A DNA stretch of 64,000 nucleotides, taken from Fimicolochytrium jonesii. Taxonomy: Eukaryota. Every line of letters begins with the position of its first letter. Within the stretch, counting starts at the first letter, position 1. Below are positions 10,616-22,560 of this stretch, one piece after another. The notes beneath the pieces were generated by a model. That model was not told the DNA's origin, made no database searches, and saw nothing but the letters and a program-made list of their open reading frames with translations. The position numbers and the translations under genes were made by a program. The DNA lies in NCBI RefSeq assembly GCF_025526975.1, contig NW_026515672.1, forward strand, positions 868,001-932,000. Direction: 5' to 3'.

Positions 10616-13600
10616 CTACTTCTCCGCAGCAATCTCTTTCAACATCTGCACAGCAGCGTTATACTCCGGCCTGGGAACCCCACCTTTCTGCCTAATCTCA
10701 GCTGCATAAGCGTCGAGGCATCTAGCCAGAATCTGTAGCGCTTCGTCTTCAGAACGTGCATCCAGCCAGTCACTATACTGGGCCTCACTCCATGCGTATA
10801 GCAGTGTGGGAAATGGCATATGTGGGTGCGCACGTGCGAGAAGGTGATGGATGATGATGGATGGTGGCACGTTCTGCGAGGTGCGGAGGGCTGTAACTTG
10901 TGGTATGTCGAGGAATGGCATATGCCGGAATGCCCGTAACGCTTTGTAGGAATCACCCAAGTCCCTGTCGAGCTTCATGCCCAGGGCTGCGAACCACTGG
11001 CTGAGCACGAATTCTAGGTGCGTCATATCGCTAGCTAGTAGCCGACCAACTCCTTCGTCGGCGGGACGAACCAAGCTGGCATGTCGTAAGAAGTATTCGA
11101 CAATGCGTCGCCCAAGTGACCGGATCCTAAAAGAGCAAGCTTAGCATGCGAATGCCGTAGAACAAGTCCTCTTGTATTGCTCACCATTCTCGGGATTCAT
11201 CCCCACATTGCAGTTTGGAGAGCAGTTCCCGATGAACCCACCGAACTTTGCTAGCGAACTCCCCTACATACTGGCTTGTCGATGATTCGCTTTGACCGCG
11301 TGTCGGTGAGGCGAATCGACTTTAGATAGTACGCTAAGGTGGTCAATATCTTGCTAAAGTGCTGACCCACATGCCCGCTTGCACACCAACCTTGCGAGAT
11401 CTTCCTTATGTATCTTCAGGATACTACTCTCGAATTCCCGCGTGATTTGAGAGAACAGTGGCTCCACCATTCCTTGCAGTGCTCTTGAGATTCCCTGCAA
11501 AGGTCACACGGCTCAATTCTGGAAGTTATATCAAGCGATCTTAACAATCGGACACCAACCTTCAAGATTTCATTGAACGTGTCGTCCAGTCCGCTCCCGG
11601 AGAACTCCGTGAGCACTTTGTAGACGCCGTCCTGCATGTACCAGAGGCAGTTTATAGACTCTATGACCAGCAATTGTCCATGCGTCGCTGTGCCAGCTGT
11701 AACAATCTGCTGCAAATTCGCATCGACATTGCACTAGGAGAAAGGACATCAGCATCCACATCAGCGGCGTGCTGCTCATTCCCTATGCGTACATATTGCT
11801 CGCATTTCGTCCAGTACATCTTGATGGCCTTACTCGCATTACGCGCCACTGCCTGCAACAGGTGCGGGTCGAACTTTGCGGCCTCCAGTTCGCTGGAGGT
11901 TGCGGTTTACTTAAGGTGAGCGACATTCTAATACGCGAGAGAATCTCAGACGTGGTACATACCTGCCTAGTGTCCTGATGACTTTATCTACGTCATCCCT
12001 CGAAGGGGGCATTCGTATGGCCAACCCGATTCGGTCCGGGAAGGCGGCGTTGATAGGCTCAAGTAACCGGGATAAGGACCGGGACAGATATGATGTCTCC
12101 AATGGACTCAAGCTCTGCAGGACCAATATGCTGTCGGGTCTGTGCTTCCAGGGGCATGTTAATGAAATCTCCATGGACAGGCGGAGCTCCGCATGCTTCC
12201 TCACATCTGCCCATCGGATGAAAAGTCCGCTCCATTCGCTACGGAGAGTCGTGTGAAGACGTTATGAACAAGTCGGAGCAAGCGAGGGTATCCTGTTTGG
12301 AACTCGTGCAACAAGCCTTGTGAAGCTGCAGCGATTGATTAGTGGGCGCCCATTAGCGTATCCGTTGACGATCGTTCATACATTTCGTCCCCAAGCGCAG
12401 CTCTCTTTCAAAAGATGTCGATAGGCCTCGCCAGAAGTAATCAAGCAAGTCACTCTCCAAGCCCTGATGTGTCAGAAGATCAGAAGGCGTCCGATTTGCT
12501 TCTTGATCGAATGCCAGGTTCACTCACTTCCGCAACTTCGTCCGCGAAAAGTTTATGCGTAGCCGAATCCTTCTTCCGTTTCAGGACCCTGTACATTTGG
12601 TAGACCTAGGCATCGAGAATATAAGTAGGCGGGCATGAGCGAACAGGATCGCAGCTGCGGACCTTGTTGGCATTGTCGTAGATAACGTCCATGAGGTGTT
12701 CAACTCTTGTCCACAGCTTCACCGGAGTCACTGCTTGCACTATCGCGGCTGGAGAACCCACGTTGCGACGTGGTGGTGATGACTCTGCACCATCAAGGTG
12801 ATTAGATCGATGAGCGCACATGGCCATATAAGACGGTCAAAGGCCTTCCGAACCTTTGATTTCACGATTCACTGCCACAGGGTCCAGCGCCATCTGCATC
12901 TCTTGCGTAATCGCATGCAACATGCCGTCGCAAACGGTCTTCGTCTCCGCCGCGAGCTGATTGAGGTTGAAAAACACCTGCAGCCCTGCAGCGATGTCCG
13001 TCTGGTTCTAATAACGCACACGAGAGCACAGAGTCAGAATACGGATGCGAACTGCGTCGGATGCAAATGAGCTACCTGCATAGCCATGCCTCGATGTAGC
13101 AACTCCTCTCCGTCGGTTGTTATCTTTTGCTTGGCCTGCATGACGCCCGGCTTCTCCGCATCGACAATGTCGATCCCGTCCAGCTCTGGGTCTTGCGCGA
13201 TCTCAACTAGGAAAGACCACGACGTCCGCTCATCAATACCCTTCCGATGGAGCCTTCTGATGGCGCCACATACTCAGTTCGCACACTGTCAGCGCAGCCT
13301 TCGGCAGTTCTCGCTCCCCGCCCGGAAGTTGCACATCTAGCCTCCGCAAAAGGTACATGAACCGGATCAATCGTCGCAGGATCTCCGCAGTCGTCTGGAT
13401 TCGTTCCAACTGCAATGTTCGGTCCTGCATGTCCTGGTACGGCGTCAACACCTTGTCCCGGACCCTGCATCAAAAACGCCGATAAACATCCAGATCATCA
13501 ATCCGGAACAGGCGGCTCCCAACCAAGCTCCCCACCTGTGGAGCGACGTGTTCAGCGAATGAACCCCTTGCTTCACCGACGCCAAAATGCCCTCGATATC

Positions 13601-13958
13601 CGACAGCCCCGATACTTGTTGCAGCAGGTCCTCATAGTGCGTCGACACTTGTTCCTGGATATGCTTATTCAAGTGATCTATCCCAAAGCTCAACTTTGCG
13701 AGGGACGTTGTGATATCCAAGCCATGGTATGGACTGTCCGTCGGCGCCTGGATAACCCGGGTTGCATACTGTGTCGGATCGAAGTCCTCCTCGGCGAATT
13801 CACGGTATTCTTTGGTAGAGCTCTCGGTCAATTAAGAACCCACGACCTGCAAACGCAACTTTGCGAAGCCTACCACTGGAAGACAATAAGGTCTCGACTG
13901 TCGCCCCCTGAGCTTCGACAGAAAGAGGCGCGATACTCTGCTTTCGCCCTGCTAGCAT
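10616..13958 (-). CDS. COG5: Conserved oligomeric Golgi complex subunit 5; multi-exon
   Basis: N-terminal FDPTQYA..LAKLSFGIDHLNKHIQEQVSTHYEDLLQQ, L..DMTHLEFVLS, YKALRAFR, and C-terminal WSEAQYSDWLD, all typical of COG5. Confidence 0.82.
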
Positions 13959-14329
13959 GACGCCCGTATGCTGAACCCAGCGGTGTCCAGCAGTCCCAGC
14001 AATCCTGACTTTCTCTAGCGGCACTCAATCGTACGACGCGTGCGCAGTGTCATGGTGTCATGGGCGAGGTGGGCGTTCCTCCCCAGGTTCCTCCCTGCGT
14101 GCCTCCCACGAACAAAAGTTCAAAGTTGCCCTAACCGTCAGCACAGAGACTATCGAGCAAACAGCAAGGGAGAAGTTGTGACATCAAAAAGAGTACGATT
14201 GTATATGCAAAAAAAAGTACCGAGGACGAAATATGAAGGCAGTCATATGACTTTCTATCTACGAAATTACGAGGGGCAATGAAGGAAACGCTATATATAA
14301 AAATCTTGTACATGAAGAGCTCGGACGGC

Positions 14330-16361
14330 TTACTCCTGAACGAAAAGTCCATTCGTCTTCCTTTGCCGTTCGTTCTCGACTCGTTGCTGCTCGGCGTGGG
14401 CGGCGGCTTTGGACACGTAGTTGTGGTTGGGTACGACAACACCACGCTGGTTGAGGTAGTATGTGTACAAGAAAGAGAAGGCGTCGAGGTTGCGCAACCA
14501 CTCTTGGAACTGCATGGCATCGAGCTCCGATCGATAAATCGCGTCGTGAATGGAGTGGTGACGGAACTCAGTAATCGAGCGCTATTGAAAGGGAACAAAG
14601 TGATGTTAGATACGAAATAGGTAGCGTTGTCTCATCCCACACCATCAAAGATACTAACCTCATGTTCGTGGAACGAGATCTTGTGCGAATCACCACGCCT
14701 GTCACAGTCAGAGTTGAACGTGTCGTAGTGTGGCTCGTCCAAAATCAGACCGAATGCGGGTGCCTCTGGGATGTCAATGTTGGCGTAACCGAAGGAGTTT
14801 GCCACAATCGACCGAGGAGTGTTGGTACGGACCACCATGATGGCCATGGCGATCATCTTGCGGACCTGGTATCGTGCAAAGGCCTTAGCTTGAACCTTGA
14901 CGCGGATGTACTCCATGCCAAAGTGGAGTTCAGGGGCCGAGCACTCGATGTTCAAGATGCGCATGTAACACCTAGAGTCCTCATACTTGGCTCCAGGGAT
15001 GTAGTTGTGCCAGTTGTGCGTGCCGTTGTAGATGCCGATGATGTGGTTCACCGCTTTCAGCTGGTCCTCCGGGATCCTGTACTGACGAATGAGGGAGAGC
15101 TCCTCCTCGGTGTGGGGCGCCTGAACGAGAGGGTCGTAATACTGATGTTCCGGCACGGCTGGCACATCGTCTTCGTCCTTGATGGATGCGATCTCGGGGT
15201 CACGACGGGACCGACGGGAAACGGACCTCTTGAGAGTAGACATGAAGCCGAAGTCCTCCTCGGGTGCCGAAGTAGCATACTGGGCCTCGTGGCTCAAAGA
15301 ATGGCTGGATGGGGAAGACCCGATGTTGCGTCCCTTTTCGGGGATGGGGAGCGTGGTGCTGTTCACGTATTGAGTCTCGGAAGGGCGGCTCTTTGTACCG
15401 CTGCGCGTAAGTGTTCGAAAGAACTTCATGAAGCCCCCCTTCTTCTCAGGTGCAGCTTCCTGGTGTTTGTTTTCGAAGTGGGAGGGGGCAACCTTTACAT
15501 CTACGAGGCCCATGGAGCTAGCCGTTTCCTCGCGTCGAGAAGTACTTTTTGCGCGGTTCACAGTGCGAGTGCTCCTGGAGCGCTTGACCGACATTCCACG
15601 CTTGATCGTCTTGAAGAGACCACCGGGAGGACCCAAATTGTCTCCTTCGGGCAGATCCTCGAAGAGCTCGTCCTCGGCGAGGGGAGGATAAGCATAATGA
15701 GTTTCGGCGGATGGCGGCGCAAAGACGTACGTCTACATAACACAATAAAGCCCGATCAGCTTTTGATATGACTCCAGCTTCCGTATTCAAAATCTGTCAC
15801 TTACAGGAAGGACGTATTCGTACGTCCGAGTATCGCAGGTACGGCGCGCCGAGAAGTTGGTGTTGAGCTTGACAACATCGAAGACGCGGATTGTCTCCGG
15901 GAGCAAAGCGGCCAACCTCGCAGGCGTGGGAAGAGGGGTGCGGCCGTCGGCCCCGGTAATCTCCAAGGACAACACCTGTCGAGAAGCGTGCTCTCCCTTC
16001 TCAGTAGTCGATGCACGACTGATGTTCACGAGCTGTCGATGGGAAACCTGTTAGTTCATGCGTCAGTCGGCGTAGCAACACGAAGGTATGCAACATACCG
16101 AGACGCGCTTGGTTGGGTCGGCTTCACCGACAATGTTGGCGACAGCGCTCAAAAGAGTGCCTTCAACGGTCTTCAGCCCCTTGGTCCTGGGTAGATCGAG
16201 GATGATAAGTCACATTGCTCGACAGCACAGTCGACAGCGCCACCGCCTCAAGACTTCCCACGGATGGGATTAAAAGGTCCAACCTACCTTTCCAGACCCT
16301 GGAAGTGAGCGCCATTGTAGGCGTACAGAATCGCCAGACGGCACGATGCGTCAGTGGCCAT
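14330..16361 (-). CDS. Pus1/TruA-family pseudouridine synthase-like protein with degenerate active site and large insert
   Basis: YNGAHFQGLE..TVEG, RASTTEKGEHA (canonical RAARTDKGVHA), NFSARRTCDTRTYEYVLP, YNGTHNWHNY, YQVRKMI, IPEAPAFGLIL, and C-terminal FQEWLRNLD. Five exons join in frame. Confidence 0.85.
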
Positions 16362-17345
16362 GTTCGTAAGCTATATTCGAAATTCCTTGCTGAGAACGAG
16401 TAGAGAGATGGCACGTCAGAAAGACGCAATGGTGGCGATCAGAATTGGGAGACAAATCGGCGAAAACAAATCAAAGGGGCGAGAGCGGTGACAGGGTTCC
16501 TTTAAATATTACCTGTGCGTGAAGGAATAAGAGGAGAGTGCGGTATTGCGACCAGATGAGTGAGAAGAAGTTGCGTCGTGAGAGCAATGGTCTTTCCTTT
16601 TCGGCAGCTGGGGAAGACGGACGCGACGACGGAGAGACGGCGACCTTTTGAATCGTCTCAACTTTCAAGCGATTGCGGCCATTTGATTGTTGACTCACAC
16701 GCATTGTGTTCACCGCCACTGCCCATGCTGTGGCGGGCTACCCTCATGCATGCATAAGAGGCTTAGACTCACTATGGTAAGCTTAAACCATGTTCTCCTC
16801 TATACCGAATGCCATTGGTCTGACGCAACCAACAACTGCGCACCAGGGATGCGGGGACTCTTGGCGGAGGTGGTATTCGAGAATTAATCAAATCGATGTT
16901 TATGGTTTCTCAGATGAGTTGATTGCAGACCCGGCGGTCACGTGAGCTGTCCGAAAGCTGGTTCCGGCGGACAAGGATCGGACGAGACAGCTCCTCCTGT
17001 TTCAAAGTGGGGTTTTCGCGGTCATCCCGCCAGCGTGCGCTGAGTGTGGGGGAAAGAGGCCCCCCCGACAAGAGACTGAAGATTCGGGGAAAATATGTCA
17101 GAGCCCGACGTTCAGAAAGTTCTCCACTTGCCACCGGAGGAAAAGGAGAACAGGGCACGGCTGTACAGTATATTACTTTCCGGGTATTATGGAGGCGCTA
17201 GCCGGAAAGTCTCGCCGTCTGTGTTCTGAACTGAAGCAAGCAAGCCTCGAAGTGCCCATCCATCGACGACAGACTTAGGAATACCTTCAACAAATTCGTT
17301 TTCACCACAGGAAGAGTGTAGATCTAGAACACCTCTCCGCAGAAC

Positions 17346-18368
17346 ATGGCACGCCATATCCGGACACGACCGCTCTTGGTCCTACTTTCGTTACTCGTTC
17401 TGGGCTCGCTCATTTTGAACGCCGTCTCGCAGGCAGTGCCGCGTCTGATGGTAGCACACAACGTGGTCGTCGCCCCAACGAAAAGCCCAGCGGGACTATC
17501 GCCAGCCAGCCCGTCACAGATAGATCAGTTCCTCGCAGCGACGCCAGAGACGCGGATTGGTTTTTGGAAACAATGTCAGGAGGATGGCGGGTGCACGGAC
17601 TTGCAGCTACCTTGTGGGGACGATGGCGTCAGTGGCTCGGCCGCAGCTGCCAGGGGAACGACTGCAGATCAACTCCGTGATTTTGCGTCCACGAAATCGA
17701 GCCTGTGCCCCAGGATGAATGCCGCTCGAGTGCTTATGGCCATTTCGATCTTCGCTGGTTTCGTTGCGCTGGTCGCTATCGCCCTCAAGATCTTCATGAG
17801 ATCGGCGGACAGTAAGAACAAGGTTCTGGCCGTGTTCCTTGTACTGGGTGCGACAATCATGAGTCTCGCTCAGCTCGTGTCTGTGATCCTCCTGGCGACC
17901 ATCAAGCACTCTCTAGACTCCCTGTCGGACCTTCTCCGTGCCTTGTCTCCTACGGGAACATCAACTCCGTTCACCAACATCACGACAGTCTACTCGGCAT
18001 CATCCTCCTTCTTCGTTTCGATAGCGGGCACCGTGTTGGCGATGATTCTTCTGCCCCTCGTGTACGTGCTCGCATTGCGTACCCCGTCGCTCGCCGACAA
18101 GCCTGCAACCGTCGTCGACGCACCTCCAACATCAAGCGCGGCGCCGCCAGCATTCGCGCCCGTGTTCTCCAACGCGACCTCACGCCCCTCAATGAGCGCC
18201 CCTGGCAACAAGTACAGCCAAGGCACCGACTACTACAGCAGCGACGCTACGGATGCGAGCGGAAGCAGTCCACCTCAGACTTACATCACACCTGGAGCGG
18301 GCTCCTCGTCCTCACCAAGCTCGGAAAGCGTAGCTAATGAGACCAGTCGTCGCCACTGGCATCCTTAG
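17346..18368 (+). CDS. Four-TM claudin/SUR7-PalI-like membrane protein; intronless
   Basis: Four hydrophobic helices, a first loop with IGFWKQC..C (GLW..C-like), and a Ser/Pro-rich cytosolic tail. Confidence 0.65.
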   Translation: MARHIRTRPLLVLLSLLVLGSLILNAVSQAVPRLMVAHNVVVAPTKSPAGLSPASPSQIDQFLAATPETRIGFWKQCQEDGGCTDLQLPCGDDGVSGSAAAARGTTADQLRDFASTKSSLCPRMNAARVLMAISIFAGFVALVAIALKIFMRSADSKNKVLAVFLVLGATIMSLAQLVSVILLATIKHSLDSLSDLLRALSPTGTSTPFTNITTVYSASSSFFVSIAGTVLAMILLPLVYVLALRTPSLADKPATVVDAPPTSSAAPPAFAPVFSNATSRPSMSAPGNKYSQGTDYYSSDATDASGSSPPQTYITPGAGSSSSPSSESVANETSRRHWHP

Positions 18369-19518
18369 TACGATGTGCGACAACACAACGGCGTAATAAA
18401 TTACTCGAGTCCCCTTGTATCTAACTCCTGGGTCGACCAGTTGAGCTGGCTCGAAGCCCATTCCCCATCCCCAAACATATTATGCATTTTTGCAAATCCC
18501 CTACATTACAATAACTTATGTCATTCCCTGTACAGAGTAATCTTTTCTCTTGTCGAACAGTCGTAGCAATGTCTTCTGTATAGTAATAATACACACGTAC
18601 AATAGCGAGCTGCCATGTATCAAAAAGACTGTGCCCTGGGCCCATATTTCAGGCGAAATTGCACGAGTTCCCTGTCGGATCGTTGATTGAAAAAGTTTAA
18701 CCAGTGTGTCCTTTCCTTGAGCCTCAGTTAGTTTCTGTCGTGTTCCAAGCCTTTGGAACTTTGCCGATGTGTGTCGCTCAAACACAGGGCTTCGCGAACT
18801 CACCGGCGGAGACCCGCAATTCCCTGCGCAATTCCCAATTCCGTCAAAAACTCACCTTCGCTCGCCTGTACACGTACTCATCCCCAGGAAGCTGTCCCGC
18901 CAGCACACAACCTTGTTCCAGACACATATCCCATTGTCACGTAGTTTGTCTGGCGCACTATCCCGTCTCTCATTCATTCTGGAAAATAGACCTCAACTTA
19001 TCTGCATTCGAATTGGTTCAGTGTGCAGCGAGATGCACGGACATTGAAACTCCGCCAAATCAGGCGACAGCTCGAGGCTTGTTCAAGTACGAGGCAACAT
19101 CCAAAGGGCATCTGTTCTGGGGGCATAAGCACAGGCACTGCAAGGCCTTCTAGACGAGGATACTAGCTGCAGTTTGTTCCGGGATCAAAGCCAGGGCAAC
19201 ACACCAAACAACACCCCAGTCAAGAACCAGTGTATCACAGTAGTCAAGGGCAAATCAATCAAATAATATTAAGCAGGCCGAAGCCTATCCAAAATGAAAC
19301 AGTATCCGGTAAATCCCAGCGTAGGTTCCTCCCGACACACCCGCTATACTAATTTGGTATCGTGGCGGACTGTGAGACGGAGGAACATCTTTCCAGAGGG
19401 GAGCGTGGGTGTATATATATCTAACTAAAGACGGGAAGAGACTCCAAAAGCTTGCAAGCGGGGCGATGCGAAAGAAGTCAGGGCGGAGCTGACGACCAGG
19501 ACGATGTGTGCGTCGAAT

Positions 19519-19719
19519 TTACACCCGGGAAACTAAGGTGATGGTGTGGCGGGATGCCTTTGGCTTGAGAGACTGTGCGGCTTTCAGGGTGCTCGACTTG
19601 GAATCGACGGAGGTGCGCTTCGATTGTTTGGAGTCCGAGGGCTTCTGGGTGGAGGGCTTCGAGCTCATGATGGAGGACTCGAGGGCGGAGTGCCATTGTT
19701 GTTGCATGCGGATACCCAT
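19519..19719 (-). CDS. Small orphan Ser/Lys-rich protein (66 aa)
   Basis: ATG in AAAATGG context, C/G-ending codon bias, A/C-rich leader, and TATAAAA at 19870-19876. Confidence 0.55.
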   Translation of the reverse strand: MGIRMQQQWHSALESSIMSSKPSTQKPSDSKQSKRTSVDSKSSTLKAAQSLKPKASRHTITLVSRV

Positions 19720-19869
19720 TTTGGTTGGTTGTTTGGTGTGGTTGAGGGTGAGGCGGGATGTTGGTTGTTGGTTTGTGGATGCAAAGTAGGAGAGAAGGTG
19801 GCAGATGTGTTGCTGAAGTGTTTGTGTTTGTGTGTGATGGGAAGGCAGAGGACGGCCGGCGCACGCTCC

Positions 19870-19876
19870 TTTTATA
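19870..19876 (-). promoter_or_regulatory. Putative TATA box (TATAAAA) of the 66-aa ORF
   Basis: Consensus TATAAAA about 150 nt upstream of the ATG at 19719. Confidence 0.45.
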
Positions 19877-20703
19877 TCCATTGCGATATACGTTCGTCTT
19901 TTTTGTTTTCCTTTCCATATCATCCCCACGACGACATGAAAAGAAGATGATCGTGGCAGAGCCGGTCCATCCCGTAAACGGCCGCCATCCCCACGTTTAA
20001 GAACAATGGGCTCTCGTGAAGGCCAAGAAAGCGAGATGTGGAAGAGGGCGGAAGAGCCTTTTTCGCTATGACGGCTCACCCACATATCCTCGACATGGGC
20101 TCTTTTGCTTTTCCATCCTTTTTTTTTGGGCCACTTCTACACGTTTTTACGGTGTGTTGACGTCGTGGGAAGGGCAAGTGGCAATGATGGGAAACGCGAG
20201 GCGCGTTTTTCCTCGTCGATTTGACTTCACCCTGAAGCTTACCTAATATCGTTAGCAGCCGATGCCCACGACAAAAAAAGGTGGCTCCTTACTTTCGCAG
20301 TCCCAAAGAAAAAATGAAAAAAAAAGTGGCTCCGCTAATTGTTTTTCTTCACAAAGCGGCATAGGGATGACGATGTCCTGCATATTACCCCACGAACCAG
20401 TTTGAACTACCCCACGGCCACTGGTCCACCGGATTCTGCTCGACTCCAAACCATGGAAAGCGGTAGAAGCAGTTCCCAAATTCACTCGGGAGCGCAGCCG
20501 TTGAGGTTGAACTCAAATGGGTCATGCCACAACTGCGAACGCAGAGCACACGCAAGCTAGAAATCCGTTGGCCTGATATGTAAATGGGAGCAATCGGGCA
20601 ATGTATTGATATAGTGCTTAGTACAATGATTGGGCAGACTATGGACACATTCCGACGGCGCCTTGCGACTGCAGCCTCCCGGGAAGTAGCCTGGAACGAC
20701 CGC

Positions 20704-21407
20704 TTACTGCTGGGCGGGGCGGGGTCCACCACGGCCGACACCACCACGCTAGAAGACAAAGACAATATGAGAACCGGCGGAGTATAACCAAAGTTCAATG
20801 TAGGAGGAAAAACTTACGAATTCGGGCCTCCAGTCACCGGTGGCACCTTCCTTCTTCTCGCCAGCGGGGCGGTCGTCACGGCGGCGGTAGTCACGCTCAC
20901 CGTCACCACGGGGCCTGTAACCCTCACCGTCACGACGGGGGGGACGCTCACCGTCTGATGGAGAAGAAAAAGTAAGGACCTGATGAAGCAGTTAAGGCAG
21001 GTGTGTTCGCAATTGACTTACCACGGGCGCCAGGGCGGGGGCCGCTCTTGGTGGTCTTGATGAAAGTGCGGGGCACAATCTCGGCGGGGAGGTGAAGGTA
21101 CTCGCGGAGGTACTCAATACCCTCGTTGGTGAGGTAGTAGTAGTAGTATTGCCACGAGAAACGGGTAGCAACAAGACCGCGGGAGGTCATGCTCTGCAGA
21201 GCCTTGATGACCTGGAGGTTGGGAACATCAACGTCCTGGTGCTTGGCGGCGTTGAAGTCCTTCTTGGCAACCATGACACCCTCCTGGAAGAGGTACTGGT
21301 AGATCTGTAGAAGATGCAGGAGAGTAAGATTTCAAGAACGACATCAAGTACCCAGAAAAAAACGATATCACACGCACCTTCTTGCGGTTGTTCTTAGGGA
21401 TCAGCAT
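20704..21407 (-). CDS. RPS10: 40S ribosomal protein S10 (eS10); 4 exons
   Basis: [63 protein letters not shown], ending [14 protein letters not shown]. Confidence 0.97.
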
Positions 21408-22560
21408 GTTGGGCAAAAGGCTGGATAATGGACAATAACTTGGGTCAATGAACTGAAAGCCATCAATTCACGCCCATGCATCTTCGCTGAGTTGGTTCCC
21501 GAGACAAAGGTTGTCCGAAGAATGTCTCCGACCGCCGCTCGCTATCCCCTATTCCCACCACACGCCAAAGCGAGCTTCTTGAATGGCGATCGAAGACTGA
21601 GACGCATTCGGAATGATAACTAGACGATTGAACAATTCATTCGAAAAATCAACTGCCTCGTGCGCCCCGTGCTCCTCGGACGTCCACCTTTGCTCTGGTT
21701 GGGAGACTCATGTCGAAGTGCGTAAGACCTGCATAGGCAGACTGGAATGTAACCGGCTGGCACGACATTGCGGCAACAGCGACGGCTCACACCTCAGGAA
21801 CCAAGCAATGCGGTGAGAGGCAACCGAAGCTCAAGATTAGATAGTTTACCTTCTGCGCAAACAAGGTTTGGCCGTGGGGATGAATCTGCCGGTGAAGCGA
21901 GAGAGAGAGAGAAAGCAAAACCCATTCCGTCCGTCGCTGGTCTTTGTGCCTTTACGAGTTCGACAGAAAAGCAACTCAGTCACGTGGCGCGCGGTGATTC
22001 ACGTGACCTGACGACAGTTTATTCTGGCAACTCTGCGTTCGACACTGCTTTTGGACCCAGCGAGTCTGGAACTTCGAGATGCGTCCGATCTTGTGCCGCT
22101 TTTGAAAGACTGAGTGCACTGCTCGCAGCCCGAGCCCCACAATATCAACGCCCGCCAGGGACGGGAACTTTGATTTCCAAAGCTCGCCTGAGGGGCCTAG
22201 TGCTGCTCTTTGAGAGACAAGATACTCCGGAATCCGAGTACAAGCAAGCGCGTTCGGTGACCCGCTGGTAATCGACCCGCACGATGTTGGCAGTCAGGGA
22301 TGAGTCAGGGTGCAATCGGGCGGCCGGTGCCGTGGCATCGTTGGTGGCGATATCGATCCAGCGATAGCGTTTTGCCCATCCACTCAGCGGCTGAGGAAGA
22401 AGCGGCCGGAGCATGCTCGATTTAAGCCTAAAGCTTATCGTTGTTACGCTTCCCAAAAGCCTCTCACCGCAAGTGTCGAGCAGACGAATACAAGGAGCGG
22501 CGAGCCCCAAGCGACAAGCCCAGAGTGCAGCTGAGCGGCGCCCGGATATCCTTTGAGAAG

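Noticed and set aside
14662..15771. 369-aa plus-strand ORF
   Set aside because: Antisense shadow of the codon-biased Pus1-like gene. The same applies to antisense ORFs over tubulin, RPS10 and SNF2.
18704..19153. 149-aa ORF and overlapping ORFs in intergenic DNA
   Set aside because: Non-ATG starts, no codon bias and no recognisable domain.
19340..19400. AATTTGG Sm-site-like motif suggesting a snRNA
   Set aside because: No U1, U2, U4 or U5 signature sequence was recognised nearby. It is probably 3' flank of the small ORF.
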